A stretch of 63,421 nucleotides of DNA, filler included, from Hyphochytrium catenoides (GCA_900088475.1; 6 parts of 6 records of this genome joined end to end with filler, not necessarily neighbours in it); one strand, 5' to 3'; numbered from the whole stretch's first letter, positions 12,579-23,981 are shown. Made by a program: numbers and translations. Notes: a model not told the origin generated them from the letters alone.

Positions 12579-13465
12579 ATGTCTACCCTTTCTTCTTCTC
12601 TTCTTCTCTCTTTGTCTTAGTAGCATCGCGGTAACATCCGCAGAAATTCACATTTAGTTCTTGATGAATAGAGATAAGAACCTTCCTCCTTTTCTCGTGG
12701 TGAAGACGTTAGAGAGAGAGAGAGAGAGGGTGAGAGAGAGTGAGAGTGAGAGAGAGAAGAGAGAAGAGAGAAGAGAGAAGAGAGAGAGTGATGAAGAGCC
12801 CAACACTCTTATCTAACGTTTTCTCTCGACCTCTTCTCTACTTTTCAGCTTTTTTTCTCTTCTTCTCTTCTTCTCTTTTTTCTTCTCATCTTCATAGAAA
12901 TGGCGACATGATGCCTTCTTCTGATGATAAGCTTGATGCTGGAGAGAAAAGAGAAAGAGAAGGGAAAAGTCCAAAACACTTCTCCGTAGCTCTTGTCGTC
13001 TCTTCCTTTTTTCCCTCTTTTTCTTTTCGTCTTCTTGGTTTCTCAACCTTTCCTCTCAGCTCTTGTCCTTCTTCTTCTTCTTTCTCTCCCGTTGTTCATA
13101 GAAGGAGAGAGGAGAGACATTGCAGTCGATCAGTAAAGAGAGAGATGAAGAGCTGTCACCTGTTCTATCGTAGGTTCGTGTCTTCTCTTCCCTTGCCATC
13201 TTCTTCTTCCCTGTTTCTCCATCACTTAAGAGAAAGACTAAGACGCGCTCACCGCCGCGCGCTTCTTTCTCCACAATTTCTTCTCCATGATGGAGTTGTC
13301 GAACAAAGAAGAAAAAGAATCTCAGTAACATGTTCTGTCTCCTCAGCAGAAGAAAATATGATCCCAAAGGAGCATCCGCCTCCTCAGCCGCAGGAGATTC
13401 TTGGTTGGTTTAACTCTGCTTTCTCTCTTCTATGCTGATGATGATGCTTCCAGCAGGAGGCGCAA

Positions 13466-13503
<38 letters not shown>

Positions 13504-13889
13504 CTCAGAGAGAGTTTAAGGAGTGACGGAAAGAAGAGGAAGAAGAGCAGCAGTCTTGGGCCTCTTTCTCTCGTCATGGAAGGAGAAAGAACAATAGGAA
13601 AGACTGACCCGCGGCGTGTCCTTTCAGCGCTTTCCTACCTTCGTCCTTCGCCGCCGTACGCGCCGTCATCTTAGAAGTAGACAGATGATTGATAGATAAG
13701 TGACCGAAGAAGAAGAAGAAGCTCCGTCCTCTCTGTCTGCCGTGGCGCTGCGCATGGCTGGCTAGGCGAGCAAGCAGAAGAGCCGCCTGATGATGATGAA
13801 GATGGCATGGAGAAAGACTTCCAGGCTTCTATCATCTAAAAAGCCATTGAAAGATGGACAAAGAGACTCGTCTCCTGCTGATTGAAGAG

Positions 13890-14689
13890 GGACCTCAAGC
13901 ACGTTCCTTCCGTTCTCTCAAGCACTTTCAAGGAAGCACGATCAGCGTTGCTCTGCTGTCAACCGTCTCCAACTCTATTAGCACCTTCGCTACCTTGCTA
14001 GCCAAGAGCCATTATCAGGCGCTTGGGTCAGATGGGCAATGGCCCCGCTCCTTAAGGTTGTTGTTGGCTTCTTAACCGCTGGACTGCAGCCCGAAAGAAG
14101 GTCATTGGCCGGCGGTAGAGTGTTCATCTTCTCGTGGTACGGAAGGCTCGGCATACTCTCTAATGATGGTCCTGCCATCATACACTTCGCTCTACATTCT
14201 TCTGGCCCAAGAGTTCACTGTTGTCTGTCCAACACCGAGGCAATGCGCCCACATGTCTTGGAGCTTCTGACGCAGCAGATCTTCAGGAGTCAACGCTGCC
14301 TGCTGCTGGCTACAAGCTTATTGTCATCAACAAACCTCGTCCATCGCAAGCCGCCCGTGTAATGATTGCAGGCCCAAAGACCGAGGAACGGAGACCTTCC
14401 AGTCCTGTCCGCCACCGCAAGAAGACAAGTAGCGCTGCTCCTCAGGTGCGAGGTTAGCAATCTTCTGGCTTCAGCGTCTTTTTCTCTCAAGTCTTGGCTC
14501 TCTCTCTTCCTTCTGCATCGCGCCACCACCGTGATCCGCTTCCTTATAATCGAATAGACTTTAGCGGCATCGACGACAAGAAGAAGGGAGAGAAGAAGAG
14601 AAGAGAAAAGGAGGAGAGAGCGCTGCAGCAGCAGCTGCTCTACCGCCGCGCGCGGCGGAGAAGGAAGAGACGGCTTCCTCGGCCATCAT
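13890..14689 (-). pseudogene. Secreted-family member E, degenerate paralogue of member G
   Basis: Minus-strand fragments EQLLLQRSLLLFSSLLLSLLLVVDA, RRKRESQDLREKDAEARRL, EDLLRQKLQDMW, LTQAPDNG and ETVDSRATL match member G (GQLLLWGS, EKKEAWLREKEAARQRL, EDLLRQKLQDMW, LAQAPENG, ETANSRATL), with frameshifts and stops. Confidence 0.8.
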
Positions 14690-15390
14690 TCGCCTTCCCT
14701 TTTTCCTCGTCCTTTTCGTTGACCCATCAAAAGAAGGAAAGGAGAAGAGAAGACTGGCAGAGATAGATAGACGCGCCCCTGAGAAGCCTCCTCGTTTCTT
14801 CACCAGGACAACAGTGCCGCGGCGGGTAGTAGAAGTTGGAGCCTCCGCAGAGAATGAAAGATGAGAGTGGCCGCAGATGATGAGGTCATTCCAGAGAAAA
14901 ATGAGAGAGGGGAGCGATTAGACAGGAGGGAAGAGAGAGAAAGACAGAGAGAGAAAGAGAGAGAGACGGAGAGAGAGAGAGAGAGAGAGATACTGGAGAG
15001 GAGAGGGGAGAGAGAGAGAGTGTATAGCAAGGGATATCGATTGTTAAGGATAAAGAAGAAGGAGACTGTGCTGGAATCTCATCATTAGTGGCGTGTGACA
15101 TAGCAGCAGCACAGAGAAAGGAAAGAGTAACAGAGTTAGGGCTCCTCTTTGAGAATTCGAAGCTCTGTCAGACGATCTCATTTCTCTCTCTGTCTCTCGC
15201 TTCTCTCTCTCTCCTTCTATCTTCGCCGCAGCCCTATATCTATGTTGTTACAAGGAACAGTCAATCGTAGAAGGAGAAGGGGCCTCTGTTCTTCCACGAC
15301 TCTCTGAGATGCGCTCCGTAAAATCTCTCTATCTGTTCGTCCAACCTTCTAATAGACAATGAAGAAAAGAGAGAGAGCGAGAGCGAGAGA

Positions 15391-15449
<59 letters not shown>

Positions 15450-15758
15450 AGGAAGTGATGAGTGTGTGTGAGAGAGAGAGAGTGATGTAGATATATACAC
15501 ATATATATATATATATAGGGAGAGAGAGACGGGAAGACCACATGAAGGAATAGGATGAGAAGAAGCTAGAGGGAGAAGGTGCCGGCGTTGAAGAGGCGAA
15601 GTGATATTGAATGTACAGCGTCATGGGGCAGGTTTGCCCAGTGGAAGGTGCTTAGGGCTGGGGCGTCTGTGACTTATATCTCTTCCCCTCCTCGCTCTCT
15701 ATGTCGTCTCTCCTCTTACTCTCATGCTGCCATTTGCCGTGATGTCTCCGCTCTACTC

Positions 15759-15795
<37 letters not shown>

Positions 15796-16030
15796 ACGCC
15801 TTCTGTCGCATTTCTCACTTTGACCTTCTGGAAGTGTCTCGTACAATTCTCGCACTTCTTCTTCTTCTTCTATATTCTCCCGTCCCTGGTCCCGTCTCTT
15901 CCGTCAATCCTCATCCACCATGGCTCATATGATTGGCTTCAGTGATCGCCACAGCGAGGTTAGAATGATCGACGAGTCGTCGAGCTTTGTCTTGCCCTAC
16001 TTCTTCTCACAGTTATTTCCCTGACATGTC

Positions 16031-16921
16031 TTAGGTGTCCACGAGCCAGGGATCATTGGGATTGCCTGCCGTTTTTTCCCAGTGATGGCCGAGATTTTGA
16101 TTGGCGAGCGGGTCGAAGGGCTGTCCACGGTGGCTGTCTTTATATGGAGGCCAATGCCCTTCGCCGTTCAGATTCAAAGCAGCTAAATCTGCTCCATCAC
16201 TGTTGGGAATCGGACGGGGGTTCCAATGATCGCGATAGAGCTCTGGATCTAAGAACTCCTCGGGAATGGTATAGCCCTGTTCTTCCAGGTACTCTCTGAC
16301 TTTTCTTAGGTCATGCCTAGGATGACCCATGTCGCGTGCCATTTCTTGCAAGATGGAATCAGGAAGTCGATGCCCTACCGCGTCGAAGAGCTCTAAGGCG
16401 ATGCTGACTGGATCTGGCCGCCAATGTGCTTCACTCGGATCCAAAGCGTTCAAAGCTGCTAATTCTGCTCTAAACCTGTCGGCATTCAAAGATGCACCTA
16501 CTAGCGGTGGAAGAGCCTCTTCTTTAAAGGCAGGTGGAGCTGGCGCCCCAAAGGCTGTTGGTGGAGCTGGCGGCTCAAAGGCTCTTTGTAGAGCTGCTGG
16601 CGGCTCAAAGGCTCCTTGTGGAGTTGCTGGCGGCTCATACTCTCTTGCTGGAGCTTGGTTTCGCTTTCTCTGAAGCGCCTGAAACCATCTCTTAAAGACA
16701 AGCCCTATTCTTTTTATTCTTGAAGGCGGCTTCTGCATCTGGTGTCTGAGGGATGCTTTGGTGGACGCTTTGGGATAACCTGGTAGTAGCGCGCCGTGGA
16801 CGGTGGGAAGAGAAGAGAAAGAGATCATGAGAAGGACAAGAAGAAAAGAGAAAGTTAGAAAGAGCCGCCGCAGCTGACCCGCCGCAGACGAAGAGCGTCT
16901 CCGTTGTCGGCGGACTTCCAT
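16031..16921 (-). CDS. Secreted-family member F, intact 296-aa protein of unknown function
   Basis: Uninterrupted high-complexity ORF: Arg-rich leader, hydrophobic signal (GQLRRLFLTFSFLLVLLMISFSSLPTVHG), basic helix, EPPA repeats and a C-terminal domain with repeated HW.P motifs. Confidence 0.8.
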   Translation of the reverse strand: MEVRRQRRRSSSAAGQLRRLFLTFSFLLVLLMISFSSLPTVHGALLPGYPKASTKASLRHQMQKPPSRIKRIGLVFKRWFQALQRKRNQAPAREYEPPATPQGAFEPPAALQRAFEPPAPPTAFGAPAPPAFKEEALPPLVGASLNADRFRAELAALNALDPSEAHWRPDPVSIALELFDAVGHRLPDSILQEMARDMGHPRHDLRKVREYLEEQGYTIPEEFLDPELYRDHWNPRPIPNSDGADLAALNLNGEGHWPPYKDSHRGQPFDPLANQNLGHHWEKTAGNPNDPWLVDT

Positions 16922-17646
16922 CCTGCTTCGTCTTCTTCTTTTGCGTCCTTCTTTGTCTCTCGTGATGCCTGGCTCCTGCTGCTACCTCTTTCCTCTGGAT
17001 CTCAATGACAGGAAGAAAGAGACAAAACAGAAGAAAGAAGACTTCCTCGATGTTCCTGATGATGGGCTTGGCACCGGCGACAGCAACGGCGCCGCGGCAG
17101 AAAGAGGTATGAGTCTTCGCAAACAATCACAAAGTAGAAGTGATGAGAAGAGCATACCTGCTGGGACAAGAAGGGAAAGAGAGGCGGAAAGAGTGAAGAG
17201 AGAGTAGATAGGTGTACGGCAAGAGGTGAGCAAGAGAAGGAGCGAGAGAGAGACGGAAAAAGGTAAAGAGAGAGTCTACGAAGGTGTAGAGAGTGAAAAA
17301 GAAAGCGCCGTTTGAGAGGCTGGAGCCTCATCGTTGGCGCCGACATGGCAGCAGAGAAGAGAAAGAGAAAGGGAATAGAGTTGGAGTTGCCCTTTGAATT
17401 GTCTGGAACAGCTTCGTTTTTTCCTGTTTCTGTCCTTCTTTCTGTCTCTCACTTTCCCCATCTCTTCCTCTTCTCAGCAGCTCTATAGTCATAGTGCCTT
17501 GGAGAGAAAGGAAAGAAATGGTGCCGGAGAAAGGCCACTTTTCTTCCACGACTCTCAGTCCTGGATGACGTCTCTCTTTGTCTCTCTTTCCCTCCAGCAC
17601 AAGATGAAAGTAGCAATAGGACAAGAGAGGGAGAGACGGAGAGAGT

Positions 17647-17694
<48 letters not shown>

Positions 17695-18698
17695 GAGAGA
17701 TACGGAAGAGGGAAGAGGAGATGAGAGACAGTCGTTTGATCAGAGAGAAGGCGAGAAACAGACACGTCAAGCTGCAGAGGCTTCACGGATCTATCGGCAA
17801 CATTTTTGAGGGAAAAGCCATGATGGGAAGAAGTAGAGAGAGAAATACAGAGAGTGAGAGAGAGCGTGAGAGAGAGCGCGAGAGAGCAAGAGCGGAAGAG
17901 AGAGAGGGAAAGAGACGACTAGTATGGGTGAAAGGTGTAAAGGAGAAGGCCTAAGATACACAACTACTGTACGTCTCTCTCTCTCTCCATTCTGCCGCCG
18001 GGGCCTCAATTGCTTGTAGGAATGAGAGGGAGAGAGAGAGAGAGAGACACACAGAAAGCCAGAGAAAAGAGGCAAACGAGACAGGAAAGGCTATAAAAAG
18101 GAATAAGAAGAGAAGAAGAGTGAGAAGAGAGAATAAGGCTTACCGTAGTAGTGATTGTAGTAGCAAATTGAATTATTATATTATTATAAAAAAAGGAGAG
18201 ACTTTTTATGACAATTTATACTCGTCTATAATTTGTTCTAGTAATAAATCAGTCTCACTTCTTCCGGAAAATATATATAGTAGTAGCAAATAGAACTAAT
18301 ATCCACGGGTGAAACTCTTCATCTTCACCCAAACAAAAAGAGGAAGAAGAAGAGAAGAAAAGCTAAGAAGCCTTATTAGGCTCTTCCATCATCTCAGCGT
18401 GATCTGCGTTTTATTTATAAGCTGGCTCATGTCTTTTCTCTACTTCCGTCTCTCGGTCTGTCTCTCTCTCCCTTCAACTCGAGAACTACCAAAGGAGAAG
18501 ACAGAGCTGCTGCTCCTCTCTTTCTGATGCTGCAGGTAGGAGGTCCTTGTATGAAATAGGGACAAAGAGAGGAGAGCACGTGCTGTAGGTACTGTACTGT
18601 GAAAGACCGAAGCAGAGAGAGAAAGAGAGACAGATCTGGTGGGAAGGCGTCCATTGAGGGAGAGAGAAGGAGAGAGAAAGAGAGAGAGAGGGGGAGAG

Positions 18699-18749
<51 letters not shown>

Positions 18750-19771
18750 GGGAGGGAGAGAGAGAGAGACAGAGGGACACAGAGAGAGAGAGACAGAGAG
18801 AGAGAGAGAGGGAGGAAGGGGAAAGAGATGGGGGGAAAGAGAGTGAGTTTTGGGAAAGGAAAGGAAAGGCATAGACGGAGAGAGAAAGGTACTTTGAATG
18901 GTTCGGAAGAAGAGAAGACGACGGGTGACTGACTCTCTAGTTGTGGCCTCTCGGCCTCTCACCTCTCCACCGCCACAGTCCCTCAACCTGTCTAAGTTAT
19001 AGACTTTTGTCCGTCTTCTCTCTCCGTCATCTTGCCAGTTCTCCGACTAGTTTACTGCCCTTTCGTCATCTCTTAATGCCTCTGTCTTTCTTTCTCTTCC
19101 TCTCTCTCTTTCTTTTTGTTCCCTATCCCTCTCTCTCTTTGCTCCCACTTTCTTCACAAAGTCAATAGACGAACCCAATGGCTCTGGAGCTTGTGTGTGT
19201 CTCATCGCGACGACTTTTTCTCAATCACTTTGTCTCTTTTCTTCTCCTCTCTCTCATGCTCTCTCTTCTGCTCTCTCTCTCTCTCTCGCTCCCTTTTTCT
19301 TCTTCTGTCTCTCGCTCTGTCTCTCTCTCTCTCTCATACTTTTCTCTATCGTACAATATGTGACGAAACCCGTCCTGAACCGAGCGAGAAGACTTTACGG
19401 AGCAGAACTCAGAGTCGTGGAAGAGCAAATCCCGGTCTCACTTACCATTCCCTTCCTTCTCTCTGTTTCTTCGACTATATACCTGCCGGGAAGAGGCAAG
19501 GAATGAGAGAGGTAAAACAGAGAGAGAGAGAAGCGAGAAAGGGGGAGAGAGACAGAGAGAGCGAGAGAAGGGACGGACAATAATAGAAACAGAGGAAAGA
19601 GATACAGACGGAGAGAAGAAGATGAAGATGTCCGCCAGAGCCCCCGACGTCTTTTCAAAGAGGACTCCAACTTTATTCCTCGTTTCTTTAGCCTTTCACA
19701 CTCTTTTTCTTCTTCATCTTCTTCTGTCCCATGCTACTTTCTTTCTCTCTCTCTCTTCTCTCTCTCTTCTT

Positions 19772-19806
<35 letters not shown>

Positions 19807-20095
19807 TCTCTCTCTCTCTCTCTTCTCGCTCGAACAGTCGCTAGCTCCACTTTTCCCAGATAACCTTCTCCTCAATCACCTTCTATTCTCATTCTTGCGT
19901 CCTATGCTGCGGAGACTTCCCCTTCTTCCTCCCCCCGCGCGGTAGCCTCGCTAAGCTCACCGCTAGACGAAAACGAGACCTTTTTCCTAAACGCGCTTGT
20001 ATCTCTGTTGCTCCTCTCTTTTTTCCTTTCTCATCTAGAGAAAGAGGACGAAGACCCAGGTATCACTGTAAAAAAGGAGGAAGAGGAGATGAAGG

Positions 20096-22199
20096 ATGGC
20101 GTCCCACAGAGGAAGACACTCTTTCTTGTCAATGGGACAGCTGCTTCTCTGGGGCTCTGTACTTTTCTCTCTTCTCTCCCTTCTTATGATTTCTTTCTCC
20201 TCCCTTCCAGCTGTCCATGCTGTGCAGATATTCCAAAATATTAAGGGCCACGCCACTGGCGGTGGGGCGCGGGCGCCTGGAGTACGAAAGACGACGATTG
20301 CGAAGAAGAACATCAGGCAATACTGGGAAAAGAGGGTCCAACATTCTTCGATTGGAGAGAGATGGACGCAATGGCTGGAAAAGAGAAGAGAAAAGAAAGA
20401 AGCTTGGCTGAGAGAGAAAGAAGCTGCACGACAGAGGCTAGCCGATGCCAAAATCTTTGCAGAGGACCCGGACCCGGTGCTACTGAAACGTTTAAAAGAG
20501 CGGGAAAATCCAGCTCTAAATATGATAGAGATGAGGATAAAGTATTTGAGGCTGAAGGTCCTGGCCAACGCCGCTTCTAAGGCAAAAACAAAGGTAGAAC
20601 TCGCCATCGGCCTTGCAAAAGCTACGGCTAACGCAAGAATTGAGGCACGAACGGCTCTATGGAAGTTTATTGACACGGAAATGTCATCAACGGTCAATGT
20701 GCAACAGCCGCCAAAAGAGGAGAGCAGACCTTCGTCAACAGCAGAGAAAGCCGCTCCCAGCGACCCAGTAGAAAAGGTACCTTTTGAAGAAGTGACTCAC
20801 TCCTGCGGAGCGGAAGTATTATCTAGCCCTGAGTGAGCAAAATAGAGATAGATACCAGTGGCTTTCGAGAGAGGTTGAACACCAAAGGTTTGCTATTGAG
20901 GAGGTTGTCCAGTTTGTAGCCAGCAATCGTAGGGCTGCAGCCAGCGCAAAGGAGAAGCAGACGACCAGCGACAAAAATGTTGAATTTGAGGATCTCCTGC
21001 GTCAAAAGCTCCAGGACATGTGGCGCATGGCAGATGTGATGAACCATGAGTTCCTGGGCCAGAGTAAATACTGGAGAATCTATCCCGAGAACTTCATAGA
21101 AAAAAAGTGGACTTTGATAAATCGCCCTACGGACAGCGAGATGGCCTTCTTTCGGGCAGCAGTGAGGCAGCTAGAAGCCGACCTGGAGGAGGTCCTTGCC
21201 CTTCTTGCTCAGGCCCCTAAGGACGGCTTGGTGCACAAAGTAGCTGAGATGCTAAAGGCGGAGACGGCTAACAGCAAAGCAACATTGAATGTGCTTGAAA
21301 GTGCTCTGGATCACTATCGCAGAAAGGATCTCTATGACCACGAAGAAGCACAGCTGAGGTTAGGTTCAAACACGAAGAAGGGTCTAGGGTTGAAAAAAGG
21401 GAAAGATGACACGATAGCCGCTTACGAGGCAGCAGGAAAAACGGCAATGGACGCCTTTGAGCGTCATGTCGAAACGTCTAAAAGAAAGAGCACGGCAGAA
21501 ACTGCACTGCAGGCTTCTATATACAATGAAAAGCGGTTAAATCCCAATTGGCAGCCGCCGTCACGCGGCGCCGGCAGGATGGGCGACGGAGTCCAGTCAA
21601 AGACGGCAGGCAAACAACATTTAATGGAGAGATATGGCAGGGAAGAGCAGACGTACTATTCCACCTTGGACAAGAAACAGAAAGAGCGTTACCAACAACA
21701 CGCAAGCTTTACAGACGACGAGAAGTACTTTACTACTATTGAGAAGGTTGTTGACTTCGTGGCCAGCAATAAGAGGAGGACTGCCGCCGGCGACGAAAGT
21801 GTTCTTTCTGATAATGAGAAGGACCTGCTGCGTCAGAAGCTCCAGGACATGCGGCGCTTGATAAAAGTGTTGAACGACGACCTCCTGGGTCAGAGTTATT
21901 ACAGAAAAATGTACCACTGGCTCCTCGTCCAGGGATGGAATCGGATCTGGACACATCGTCACCCTACGACAGACGAAATGACCTTCTTCCGAGCAGCAGT
22001 GGAGCGGCTAGAAGCAAACCTTAGGGACGTCCTTCCCCTTCTGGCCCAAGCGCCTGAGAACGGCTTGGTCCACAATCTAGCTAAGATGTTAGCGGCGGAG
22101 ACAGCTAACAGCAGAGCAACATTGAATGTGCTTGAAAAATCTCTCGAGCTCTATCGCAGAATAGATCTCCATAAACTTCAGAAGGGTAGAAGTAAATAG
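20096..22199 (+). CDS. Secreted-family member G, roughly 690-700 aa with two tandem helical domains, interrupted near 20777-20810 (frameshift or 34-nt intron)
   Basis: ORF 20096-20836 carries the family signal peptide. The frame of ORF 21018-22199 is open from 20796 and holds two copies of a ~185-aa repeat (YY..L...RYQ...IE.VV.FVASN.R...DLLRQKLQDM...LGQS.Y...EM.FFRAAV..LEA.L...LAQAP..GLVH..A.ML.AETANS.ATLNVLE..L..YRR.DL). Confidence 0.75.
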
Positions 22200-22789
22200 G
22201 CCCTATCCTCAATCGGCAGCGGTAGAAGGTAATGAGAAGAGCATGATTCCTTGCTCAATGGCCTTAATTCCTAAAACGTTCCATTCCATCTCCGTCATCA
22301 GGCGGGATTGCTTTCTCTCAGCCAATCCGTCACAAGGCAAAGTCAGACGACAGACAGAAAAAAATGAAAACTGCTTGCTCCTTACTCTTCGATCATGATG
22401 AGCCTTGTTTCTTCGCGTGTGTCAGCGCATGGGCTGATAGAAGTGAAAGCTAATGAGTTAAATCCAAGATCATACCAAAAGGTCCGTCTTACCCTGTCCT
22501 GACGCCAGAAAACAATGCCCTTTATCCTCCTTTCCAGTCACGACGTCTCTCTTCTTCATGATCTCTTTTCACTTTTTCCTGCTGGATTAACATCATCAAG
22601 ATCATGAGTCACTGTTAGAATGCAAGAGTGACAAGCATGGCCGCAGCGCAAAGAGAACCTTGGTTCTTAAGCTAACGACGTGCTCCTAAGAAACAGATAA
22701 CGTTATTGACGTGCGTGGGGCCTCTTCTCTCTTTCAAAAGCTAGCGAGTCAATAGTTAGCAGCTCAATATAGTCTACACATTTCTACGC

Positions 22790-22975
22790 CTTTCTCCTCC
22801 TCCTCCCTTCTTCTTCCTCTTCAATTTTCTTCTTCTTCTTCCTCTTCTTCTTCTTCTTCATAATCTTCTTCCTCTTTTTCTTCTTCTTCTTCATAATCTT
22901 CTTCCTCTTCTTCTTCCTCTCCTCTTTCTTCCTCTTCCTCTTCTTCTCTTCTCCTTCTTCTCCTTCTTCTTCTGT
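22790..22975. repeat. (CTT)n/(CCT)n trinucleotide tract
   Basis: Imperfect ttc repeats directly visible; they give spurious poly-K ORFs. Confidence 0.9.
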
Positions 22976-22989
22976 TGAAAGAGTAGGAC

Positions 22990-23860
22990 CCTGACACTCA
23001 ATGCTGGAGTGCAAGGAAGCACAAGGAACAAGACTGTGTACGACTGGTTGGCAGGCGTGATGATGCTCCATCAAGATGATCACAATCTGTCCAGCGCCAC
23101 AAGGAGCTCGTGCCTTAGGCTTTTACAGAACCTTTCAAGTCGAATCCGCATTGCTAGCTTCTTATCCTCGTACTCACTGTTTCCCTTCCTTCTTCTCCCT
23201 CCTCTTCTCCTCTCTAACTTATACTCTAGGTAACTCATCCACTAGAACCATTCTATCATTATCATGATACTCTCAGCATTGAAGTAGATCTAGTTAGGCT
23301 CTATTACCAATGATTATCACTCCGTAATGTAGTACCAGATAACCGGTATGTCATCAATCAGCCTCTTGCGAGACATCATCTGCCCATAGTACTACATATG
23401 TTAGGTGACCTGGTCATTGATGAGGGCTTTAGGCCTCAGAGAGTATTATGTTGTACGCTCTTTGACGTCGTTACTGTTGTCTCCGACTCGCTGCAATCTA
23501 CTAGCACATTCTTCCTCCATGCAGCGGCTCAGACAGGATACGTCGCAGAGCGTGCCGCACAGGAGGAACGTCGCCCTCTACGCCGAGAAGTGTGCGGATC
23601 AACAAGGCGACGGTATCCGCCCCTTATTATTATTAACATGGGAGTCCTTCGGTGGAGAAGCCACGGAGACGGTAAATAATAATTCCACCTCCATGAAGGA
23701 ATGGTTTAGGGCTATCTCTGACAGGTGTTGTGGAGGTGGGGATCCTCCTCTCTCGTCTCTCACTGCCACCGCCTGCAGGCGAATCTCTGTTCTCTCCTGC
23801 ACCGCAGTAATGCAGAGATGGTGTTTCATAGAGTGCCCAGCACATTGAGAACGTGGTCCT
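22990..23860 (+). mobile_element. Degenerate 3' end (restriction-like endonuclease region) of a CRE/R2-group non-LTR retrotransposon
   Basis: Frameshifted motifs in the expected order: DWLAG, LRDII, GDLVIDEGF...LFDVVTVVSDSLQ...AAAQTGYVAERAA, ALYAEKC...PL...WESFGG, RISV. Confidence 0.65.
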
Positions 23861-23881
23861 GGTCATCAGCTTCGTTCCTGG

Positions 23882-23981
23882 NNNNNNNNNNNNNNNNNNN
23901 NNNNNNNNNNNNNNNNNNNNNNNNNTTAATTAATTAANNNNNNNNNNNNNNNNNNNNNNNNNNNNNNNNNNNNNNNNNNNN
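23882..23981. other. Artificial 100-nt contig spacer (N-TTAATTAATTAA-N)
   Basis: Identical spacers also at 37058-37157, 48155-48254, 55346-55445 and 60833-60932; the 12-mer puts stop codons in all six frames. Confidence 0.97.

Noticed and set aside
6370-22199. Calling the secreted family RxLR or CRN effectors
   Set aside because: No RxLR-dEER or LxLFLAK motif after the signal peptides; only the evolutionary pattern is analogous.
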